Positions 40,581-49,300 of a stretch of 64,000 nt of DNA are shown here, in pieces. Under the pieces are notes generated by a model. It did not search any database. It was not told where the DNA came from and worked only from the letters and a program-made list of their open reading frames with translations. Source of the stretch: Planctomycetota bacterium (GTDB lineage: Bacteria > Planctomycetota > UBA8108 > SXIK01); the NCBI GenBank assembly GCA_965223845.1, contig CBDCXR010000004.1, positions 1,632,001 through 1,696,000 on the forward strand, in the 5' to 3' direction. Each line of letters opens with the position of its first letter. Within the stretch, counting starts at the first letter, position 1. Position numbers and translations under genes: made by a program.

Positions 40581-41828
40581 ATGAGACCACTCGACAGGCG
40601 TAGCTTTCTTCGCCGAAGTGCCGGACTGGCGTCGGCGCTCGCTGTGCCGACCCTCAGCACGAAAGTGCTCGGAGCGAATCGCCGGATCCGCATGGGGATC
40701 ATCGGCGCCGGCGGGCAGGGGACGCACGATATGGGGGCGATCAAGGGAGTGAGTGGGGGCGTCGTCGAATACGTGGCCGTGTGTGACGTGTTCGCTCGCC
40801 ATCGCGAACGCGCCAAGAGAGCGCATGCGCCGGGGGCGGACGAATACAACGACTTTCGCGACGTGCTCGACCGGCGCGACATCGACGCGGTCAACATCGG
40901 TACTCCGGACCACTGGCACGCCCTGACGGCGGTCGCAGCGTGCGAGTCGGGAAAGGATGTCTACTGCCAGAAACCGCTCTCGCTCACGATCGCCGAAGGG
41001 CGCGCCATGGTGAACGCGGTGCGGCGTTACAACCGCGTCTTTCAGACGGGGAGTCAACAGCGCTCGGCGAACAACTTTCGCTACGCGTGTGAGCTCGTCC
41101 GAAACGGAAGAATCGGGAAGCTCACTCACATCGTGACGTCGGTCGGCCGGAACAACAAAGTCGGTTGGGAACCGGACACCGATCCCCCGGCGGGTCTCGA
41201 TTGGAATCTCTACCTCGGTCCCGCGCGCTGGGTTCCGTTCAACAAGCGGCGCTTCATCTGGGATTTTCGCTGGTTCTACGACTACTCGGGGGGAAATCTC
41301 ACCGATTGGGGGGCGCACCACAACGACATCGCCCAGTGGGGAATGGGAATGGATGAAAGCGGCCCGGTCGAGATCGACGGGTGGGGAGAGTTTCCGGATT
41401 CGGGCCTCATGGACACGCCGATTCGCTACCGCGTCAAGTACAAGTACGCGAGCGGGGTCGAGCTCGAGTGCAACAGCGAAGGAAACGCCTGCTGGTTCCA
41501 CGGCACTGAGGGCAAGATCTACGTCAATCGCGGTCGGCTGAGCTCGGAGCCTGGCGAGATCATTCAGGAGCCGATCGGAGACGACGAGATCCATCTCTAC
41601 GACAGCGCGAATCACTACCGCGACTTCGTCGATTGCCTCGAGTCGCGGAAGCGTCCGATCTGCGACGTCGAGACCGGCCATCGTTCGGTCTCGGTCTGTC
41701 ACCTCGGGAATATCTCGTTGAGGCTCGGCCGCCCGCTCAAGTGGGATCCCGCGAAAGAGCAGTTCATCGGCGATGAGGAAGCGAACCGCTGGGTCTCTCG
41801 GCCGATGCGAGCGCCGTGGCATCTTTGA
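40581..41828 (+). CDS. Tat-exported Gfo/Idh/MocA oxidoreductase
   Basis: RRSFLRR; GIIGAGGQG; TPDHWH; GKDVYCQKP; QTGSQQRS; DWGAHHND. Confidence 0.93.
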   Translation: MRPLDRRSFLRRSAGLASALAVPTLSTKVLGANRRIRMGIIGAGGQGTHDMGAIKGVSGGVVEYVAVCDVFARHRERAKRAHAPGADEYNDFRDVLDRRDIDAVNIGTPDHWHALTAVAACESGKDVYCQKPLSLTIAEGRAMVNAVRRYNRVFQTGSQQRSANNFRYACELVRNGRIGKLTHIVTSVGRNNKVGWEPDTDPPAGLDWNLYLGPARWVPFNKRRFIWDFRWFYDYSGGNLTDWGAHHNDIAQWGMGMDESGPVEIDGWGEFPDSGLMDTPIRYRVKYKYASGVELECNSEGNACWFHGTEGKIYVNRGRLSSEPGEIIQEPIGDDEIHLYDSANHYRDFVDCLESRKRPICDVETGHRSVSVCHLGNISLRLGRPLKWDPAKEQFIGDEEANRWVSRPMRAPWHL

Positions 41829-41959
41829 GATGCGCGTCGATCCTGCGGGCAATCGAATCTCTCGACGAGCACGGGCCTCGCGACGAGACGATCCGCAGGC
41901 GCAATCGGCCGAGTCGATTGCCGGAGAATCCAGTGACAACCATCGAGAGAAACGCACCC

Positions 41960-44038
41960 ATGAACCGGAATTTCAGCTGGAGTTTGCTTCTTTTTTGCGC
42001 CTCGAGCGCGGCGTCGCTCCCGGCCGCGGATGTCGACGAAGTCGTCGCGAAGCTCAAGAGTGCGGACGGCGGCGAGCGGAGAGCGGGGTGGACGGCGGCC
42101 AAAGAACTGGGCGCCGAGGCGGTTCTGCCGATCGCCGCGCTGATCGACGCCGCGCGCGGTGACATTCCGCTCGCGGGGAAGCTCGCGCTTCGAAAGCTCG
42201 CGCACGGAACCGAAGCGGGGAGCGAACGACGAACCGCCGTGAGCACGGCGATCGCCGAAGCTCTCGGGGCGAAGGATCTGTCGCTCTTCGCTCGGCGCGA
42301 ACTCGCTGAGTTGCTCGGGTCGATCGGCGGCGACGAAGCCGTCCCCGCGCTCGAGAGACTCCTCCGCGAGAGTCGGCTCCGGGACGTGGCGCGTCGAGCG
42401 CTCGAGCGGGTTCCGGGAGCGGCGGCGACCCGCGCCCTAATCGGGGCGCTCGAGGGTACCGCGGGTACGTTTCACGAGTCGCTCATCTCGACTCTCGGTA
42501 CGCGCGGCGACGTGACGGCGATCGGTGCACTGGTGAAGCTCGTGCAAACGGGTGCGATCAGCGCGCGCGTCGCGGCTGCACGCGCACTCACACGCCTCGA
42601 TCACGCCGAATCGCTCGGGGAGATCGTTCGCGTGATCGAGATTGTCCGCGGGCGGGACCAGCGAGATCTCAGCGACGACGTCCTCGGGATGGCCGATCGC
42701 TTGAAGGCGAAAGGCGAGGTCCAGAGCGCCGAGCGAATCTACCGCGGCGCCTACGAGAATTCCTTCATCGATACGATCCGCTACGCGTCGCTCTACGCAC
42801 TCGCGAAAGACGATCCCGCCAGGCACGTCGGAGATCTTCTGAACGCCCTCGACGACGAGTCCGAGGTTCTTCGCGGACTCGCGATGGAGCTCCTCAGTAC
42901 CGGTGGGGGAAAGGAGCTCGATGGGACTCTCGTCGCGACGTACGGATCGTCGTCGGGGTCGAGAAGGGCAGGACTGCTCCGAGTGCTGAGTGCGCGGAAG
43001 GCGGACGCCGCTCCGGAGCTGATCAAGAGGGGACTCGAAGACGAGAGCGTCGACGTGAAGATCACCGCGCTCGAGCTGTCGGGTGACCTCGCGAGTCCCG
43101 AAGTCGAAGATCTCCTCGTCGAGGCGATCGAGGACGGCGGCCCGGGTGTCCGCGAGGTGGCGATCGCATCCTATCTCGAGATGGCAGGGGCTCTCGGGAG
43201 TGAGAACGCGGCACGCGCGCGCGCGATGTACCGCCGTATTCTCGCGGCGACGAACGACAAGGGAATTTATGGCGAGGCGCTCGTGGCACTCGCGCGGATC
43301 GGAACTCCGGGTCTCGGAGACATCATCGCGAAGGCGAATGAGGATCCGGGACTCACAGTTCCCGCGACGCTCGCGAAGATTTACCGTGCCCGCGGCGAGG
43401 GGCTCTACGGGAACACGGCTGCCGCTCTGGAATCGCTGAACGCCCTGGTCGCGTCGGGAGAAGGCGGCCGTAAGGCTAAAGATCTCGCGCTTCAGACCAT
43501 TATCGAGCTCGGCGGCGATCCGGCGGTCTCGCAGAAGCTGCGCGGCATTCTGACATCCTATTGGGTGCTCGGTCCCTTTCCCGGGGGCACGGGAGCCGAG
43601 CATCTCGATCGCGAGCTCTCGCCAGAAGAGGCGGTCGATCTCAACGAGCAGCTCGATCACCGCAACCGAAAACGCAAGTGGCGCGAGATTCAGTCGACGG
43701 CGGACGATGGACTCGTCGACTTCGAGCAGATTTTCCGCCGAACGGAGAATGTGATCGCGTACGCGTACACCGAACTCGTCGCGGCGGACGATTTCCCCAT
43801 CATTTTCCGGCTCGGCAGCGACGACGGGATCAAGGTGTTTCTGAACGGCGAGGAGATCCATCGCAATCCCGCGACCCGCGGGTATTCGCGCGACTCGGAT
43901 ACGGCGGACGGACGCCTGAAGAAAGGTAAGAACGAAATCCTCCTCAAAATTTCACAGGGCGGCGGCCAGTGGGTGTTCGCTGCGCGAGTGACCGACGCCG
44001 ACGGGAAACCGATCGATCTTCGCGCGCTGACGAAGTAG
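41960..44038 (+). CDS. Secreted HEAT-repeat protein with C-terminal PA14-like beta domain
   Basis: Signal peptide; PBS-lyase HEAT repeats (LGSIGGDEAVPALERLL); YWVLGPF...AYAY...LGSDDGIKVFLNG...LKKGKNEILLK. Confidence 0.85.
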   Translation: MNRNFSWSLLLFCASSAASLPAADVDEVVAKLKSADGGERRAGWTAAKELGAEAVLPIAALIDAARGDIPLAGKLALRKLAHGTEAGSERRTAVSTAIAEALGAKDLSLFARRELAELLGSIGGDEAVPALERLLRESRLRDVARRALERVPGAAATRALIGALEGTAGTFHESLISTLGTRGDVTAIGALVKLVQTGAISARVAAARALTRLDHAESLGEIVRVIEIVRGRDQRDLSDDVLGMADRLKAKGEVQSAERIYRGAYENSFIDTIRYASLYALAKDDPARHVGDLLNALDDESEVLRGLAMELLSTGGGKELDGTLVATYGSSSGSRRAGLLRVLSARKADAAPELIKRGLEDESVDVKITALELSGDLASPEVEDLLVEAIEDGGPGVREVAIASYLEMAGALGSENAARARAMYRRILAATNDKGIYGEALVALARIGTPGLGDIIAKANEDPGLTVPATLAKIYRARGEGLYGNTAAALESLNALVASGEGGRKAKDLALQTIIELGGDPAVSQKLRGILTSYWVLGPFPGGTGAEHLDRELSPEEAVDLNEQLDHRNRKRKWREIQSTADDGLVDFEQIFRRTENVIAYAYTELVAADDFPIIFRLGSDDGIKVFLNGEEIHRNPATRGYSRDSDTADGRLKKGKNEILLKISQGGGQWVFAARVTDADGKPIDLRALTK

Positions 44039-44056
44039 CGGCGACCATAACCGCGC

Positions 44057-44085
44057 TTGACGCTCCTCGGCACGCGTGGTACACA
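44057..44085 (+). promoter_or_regulatory. Putative sigma70 promoter of tRNA-Pro
   Basis: TTGACG-N17-TACACA with TG extension. Confidence 0.55.
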
Positions 44086-44142
44086 TCGCGTTCGCTTAAC
44101 TCCTTGTCGCGCAAGCACAAAGGGCGTTGAGGACGATAACCG

Positions 44143-44219
44143 CGGGGTGTGGCGCAGTTTGGTAGCGCGTCTGACTGGGGGTCAGAAGGTCGTAGGTTCA
44201 AGTCCTATCACCCCGACCA
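44143..44219 (+). tRNA. tRNA-Pro(GGG)
   Basis: Acceptor CGGGGTG/CACCCCG; anticodon stem TCTGA/TCAGA around CT-GGG-GG; GTTCAAGTC T loop; encoded CCA. Confidence 0.97.
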
Positions 44220-44226
44220 AGAATTC

Positions 44227-44261
44227 AGGGACTCGCGGTGAATCACCGTGAGTCCCTTTTT
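44227..44261 (+). terminator. Rho-independent terminator after the tRNA
   Basis: AGGGACTCGCGGTG / CACCGTGAGTCCCT stem (one G-U pair) followed by a T run. Confidence 0.88.
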
Positions 44262-44302
44262 GGTGGTTGGTCCGCTGGTTAGTCCTTGCGTCCCGGGTTT
44301 CC

Positions 44303-44665
44303 GGCGACCCCGAACGCGGGTCCGCTTCGCGCGGGCGACCCCGAACGCGGGTCCGCTTTGAGTGAACTCTGTTCATCTGAAAATGCGAACACGGCGACCC
44401 CGAACGCGGGTCCGCTTTGAGTGAACTCTGTTCATCTGAAAATGCGTACGTTATATGGATTAGTATTGGCTGGGCGAACGCGAGGAGGAACGCCCGCAGT
44501 CCGGTTGGTTCACCGGCGAATCAACACGTTCGGCGACCCCGAACGCGGGTCCGCTTTGAGTGAACTCTGTTCATCTGGAAATGCGTACGTTATATGGATT
44601 AGTATTGGCTGGGCGAACGCGAGGAGGAGCGCCCGCAGTCCGGTTGGTTCACCGGCGAATCAACA
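44303..44665 (+). repeat. Nested tandem repeats headed by a 25-bp REP-like palindrome
   Basis: GGCGACCCCGAACGCGGGTCCGCTT at 44303, 44334, 44393 and 44532; identity extends 54 bp (copies 2-4) and 134 bp (copies 3-4, two mismatches). Confidence 0.9.
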
Positions 44666-44781
44666 AGACCTTCCCGCACGCGACAAGTTTCAACGAGAAG
44701 TTCTGAGGTGGGGGCGGTTCTCCTCCGTTCGAGCGCATCATCTTGGCGCGCTCAACGAGGCATCGAGGCGATCCGAGCGAC

Positions 44782-45696
44782 CTACGGAGCCGCCGGCACC
44801 GCGCCTGAAACAGGTGGATCGCATTTTTGTAGGTGGAACACGCGCATCCAATACGTCCCGGCGGGGAACACCACATCCTTCACACCGCTCCGATACCGCT
44901 CGAGTGCGGCTCGGTAGCGCTTTCTAAAGCTGATCAGTGCGCGGATTTCTTCGATTCTCGGCTCGGGTCGTTTCGCTTGGATGTTCGGCGAGAGCTTCCA
45001 CTTCTTCTCGTAGCTAACCGGCGCGTCGGTAGGACTCTGATTTCGTACGCGCCTCGCGCCGAGGAATCCTGGACCCTTTCGCGCGACCTCCGCGCGGTAG
45101 TCGGCTTCGCGCTCAGCGATCTCTTCCTCCAGTTCCGCGACAAACTCTTCGCGCTCTCGTCCGGCGAAGCACGGAGGCGGTGTGAGTTGGAGTGAAACCT
45201 CATCGGGCATCAGATCGGAAAAAAACCATCCGGGCCTTTCCGCGGAGATCGTCGCGCCGAACTGACGCGGCTCGCTTCGGAGTCCCGGCCAATCACTCGC
45301 CGCCGGGACGAGCCCCGAGGAAACGGGATTGCAATAGGTGTAGACGAGCTGCCGAATGACGTCGGCCGACTCTACCGCCCGCACGCAGTTCGGTCCGCTG
45401 CAGTCGAAGAGGCTCCCGAAGCGACCGCGGAGCGCATTTAGGCAGCGGGCGACGAGGAGATTGAAACGCTGCAGAAACTCGGCGCACTGGTTCGACGGAT
45501 CGGTCAGCACGAGATGGTAGTGATTCGAGAGGATCACAAAACCGTGAATCGCTACGCCGGTCTTCGCCGCTGCATAGGCGAGGCAATAGAGGACGGCACG
45601 GTTCACCTTGTCTTCGGGGCGAAGCAGGAACTGCCGTCCGCTGCACCGGCGCGTGATCAGATACGTCGCGCCAGGAAGGAATCTCCTCGGTTCCAA
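44782..45696 (-). mobile_element. REP-associated tyrosine transposase-like (Y1 HUH, IS200/IS605 superfamily) gene
   Basis: GGAGGT RBS before TTG 45696; YLITRRC, HUH motif LSNHYHLV, GRFGSLF, catalytic region LVYTYCNPVSSGLV..WPG. Confidence 0.85.
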
Positions 45697-46360
45697 AACC
45701 GTTGAACCTCCGCGATGTAGACGTCGTCGCGCGGGCCGTCGATGGTCCACCGCGGTAGGGCCGGGCATCCATAGCATGAGGGGAATCAGCGCGTTCGCAA
45801 CGCACCCGGGTTCGCGAGGAGGCCGACCCGAGTGCCGTCGCCGTCCCCACGCGATTCGACGTAGGACGAAGTCACCGGGAACCGAGGGTTCACCGGTCCG
45901 CCAATCTCCGTCTAATCTCCCTCTAATCGGGCCGGGCGTACCCTCCGGTTCACCGGCGCAGGAGTTCCTCCTTCGCTTGCAGCCCGCAACTCGCGCGGGA
46001 AGACCCGGCGCCGGATCTTTGTGGATCGTAACGAACGAGCCGGGCGAGTCCACCGCTCGGCCCCTCTTCGACCACGAGCGTCGGGGATCGCCACGAATCG
46101 TCGACGGATTCAGTCTTCGACGAAGGGCGAACGGGCGACGCGCCCCGCGACGTTCATCCGTCGTGCACTACGCCACTCGAGGTGTCGGGGTCTGCGGGCA
46201 AACAAGATCGCGGGGCTTCGGCGGTTCGACCCGCTTCGGACTTCTCGACGGATACGCCGCCCGGACGATCGGTTCGGTCCCGACGCCTTACTTCCCCGCT
46301 CAGGATACCGCAGCGACGGACGCCGTCTCGTCGGCGAACCCGCATCGGGCCGGGATCGGG

Positions 46361-49300
46361 TCACCGGAGCGAGAGCAAATACCCGAGGAGATCGGAAAAC
46401 TCGTCGTCGCTCAGGATCTCACCGACATTCCCCGGCATCGGCGAGGCGCTCGTCTCGGTCACTTCCGCGGCTTGATCCTTCGCTAGCCGAAGCTCCTTTC
46501 CCTCGCGGTCGATGATCGTAAGGAGCGCGTCGTCGGACGGTCGCAGGAGTCCGCTGAGGACGTCGCCTTCGACGGTCACGATCGTCGTTTGCCGAAACGC
46601 GACGTCCACGTTCCGGTTGGGAGCGACGATGTCCTCGAGGAGTCGATCGAGCCCGCGATTGCCGATCCCGTCGAGATTCGGCGCAAAGGGAGCGCCTTCG
46701 TCTCCGACGCGATGGCATACGGCGCACTGCTTCTTGAAGATCTCGCGACCGCGACCCGGCTCTCCGCCCCGCTCGAGGTACCGCTTCCGTCTCGACGCGA
46801 GCTCCGCCGCTACCTCGGTGGACTCGTCGGGGAGGTCGCGCACCCAGCCCTCGACCCGCTCTCGATCGGCGGCAACCAGCGCGCGGGAGAGCTTCGCCCG
46901 AAAGGAGACTTGAGCGAGGAGCCGAGTCGAAGCCGTCCCGGCGGCGAAGAACGAAACGAGGAGGCTCGCGCCGTTTGGATCGGATGCGAGTCGATCCGCA
47001 AGCCGAAGCTGTTCCGCTGCGGTCGCCGCCTTCATCGCGGTCGCAAGCGAAGCGGTCGCCGCGTTCGCGTCACCCGCGATCAGCGCTTCGAACGATGCAC
47101 GACGAAGCGCGAGGTCGGCGCCCCGCACGCGAGCGACGTCGGCGAGCGCCGACGAAATCGAGCCCGCATCGATCCCGGCGAGTGAGTCTGCAAGCGCCGA
47201 CGAAGTGTCGCGGTCGCCGGCGTGCCGGCGGAGCAGCGTCGCGAGCTCGCCGCGCAGCGACTCCAGGCGAAACTCCGACGCCAGTCGAGCACCCGTCTGA
47301 ACCCGTTCGGGGATCTCGCTGGGGTTGAGCCCATCGACGGAGAATCGACCCGCCGCCAACCACGCGAAGGCTCCTCGTGAATCGCCGTCGACGAGCTCGC
47401 AGTAAACTCTTCGGCCGGCGAGGTCGCCGGTCTGCCAAGTCACCCGCTGCGCGACATCGTTTCGCGGCGGCGGGAAGCGCTTCAGGACTCGATGCGTGCC
47501 GGCATCGCGAACGTGGACCGCGTTGCGTCCCGACGGTGCTCCCGGCGGGGCGCCGTCGTGTCCCGCGAGAAAGAAGCGAAACGCTTCGGGAAGCGAGAAC
47601 GACTGCGAACGAAAGATCCCGGTTCGCTGTTCGCCGCGCGGAAACGAGCTCCAGAGACGCGTCGATCGTCTCCCGTCTGACGATTGACGGCGCGTGGAGA
47701 CGACCCAGCAGGTCTGTCTCTCCGGTGTATCGGGATGCGGGAGGAACGACCAGGATAGCGGTGTTGTCGCCGCTGCTTTCTCGATCGCATCTTCTCCGGT
47801 TGGATTCACTCCGGTCACGGAGAAGCGTCCCGCGGAAATCCATGCGAAGCCGTCCGCGCTGATGCCATCGACGATCTTGAGGCGAGCTTTCGCCCCCGCA
47901 TGCTCGGTGAGATCCCACTCGACCCGCTGAGCGATGTCGTTTCGCGGCGGGAGCTCGCGCCGGAGGACCTCTCCGCTGCCGGAGAGAACGAGCGCAACGT
48001 GGTTCTCGACTCGAGCCGGTCTCGGTGGGGGACCGGAGTGACCCGCGAGAAAGAAACTCAAGGTTTGCGGAAGCGTGAACTCGCGCGAGACGACACTCCC
48101 CGTGAGTTTCTCGCCGGCGGCGAGGCTTCCGACGAACCACGATGCCCGATCGCCATCCGAGGATGTTCTCTGCTCGGGAGCGAACGGGTTTGGGGCGCCG
48201 TCATTCGAGCGCGCGAAAGACCACTTCGGCTGCGCCTCTCCGCCGACTCCGAGGTACCACGTCGAGAGGGCTCGGGCCCAGTCGACGACCACGGCGGGGC
48301 GTTCGAGTCCGCGGCTCTCGAGTCCGGCGCGAACGGCGTCGAGCAACTCGAGCTGGAGCGCGTGGGCGCCCTCGAAACGATCGCGGACGAGCTCGACGAG
48401 AGCGCGAATCGAATCGGGCGAGACATGACGCACGGCGAATCGCAGGTACCGCGTCAGTCGCCCGCGGTCCTCGATCGGAGCGCGGAGAAGATGCGCGGCG
48501 AGAAATTCTCCTGCCGCCGCGGTCTTCAAGGCGAGGCAGAGGTCAGCGAGCTCGGCCCGGGCGTTCGCGGGAAGATCGCCGGCTGCGATCTCGGCGAACC
48601 AATTCTCGTTCTGCAAATGCGAGCGAAGCGCGAGGCGGAGGCTGTAACGCAGGTGCGGATCCCGTTCGCCGATCTCGACGAGCGTGTGGAGCAGCGGATC
48701 GATGAAGTCTCGTGCCGGTCGCGTTGCCGCCGCCGTCGCGGCGGCGCGGCGGACGAGGGGGGCGGCATCGCGAAGACCCGCGCGGAGTACGCCGAGCGAA
48801 AGCGCATCATCGCGCAGCGCGGCGATGCGCATCGCGTGAACTCGAACGAGTGGAGAGCGATCCGCACCCGCGGCAGAGAATCGTTCGTCGGTCAGATGAC
48901 CCGAACGATGGAGAATCCAGCTCGCCCGCGCGCGCGCGAGCGGGGCCCCGCGGCGAAACGACTCGACGACGAGTTCGAGAGCCTTCTCATCGAGCTCGCC
49001 GAGGATCCGTTCGACGAGAAGCTGGGCGCGCGTCTCGAGATTCGTGTCGAGAGCGGCGACGGCCTCTTCGAGCGACCAACGCGTAAGATCCGGAGTCCGA
49101 TCGACCCGCGCGCGCGCTCGTTCGCTTCCGGCGTCCCGCCGCGCAGCTTGATCGCGATAGACGACGCGCCAGATGCGACCACGATGGCGATCTCGACCCG
49201 GATGGTCGAGCGGGACTTCGTAGTGACCGATGATGCGATTGTAGAAATCGGCGACGTAGAGAGCGCCGTCCGGTCCAACCTGAAGGTCGACGGGCCGAAA

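Noticed and set aside
44303-44665. CRISPR array
   Set aside because: Intervening sequences are nested copies of each other with very unequal lengths (6, 34 and 114 bp), not unique spacers, and no cas genes are in the window
44421-44927. ORF spanning the repeat ladder
   Set aside because: Translation of repeated non-coding DNA and antisense to the transposase end; no coding signature
44143-46360. Integrase-type island at tRNA-Pro
   Set aside because: No tyrosine or serine recombinase, and no duplicated tRNA 3' end found downstream
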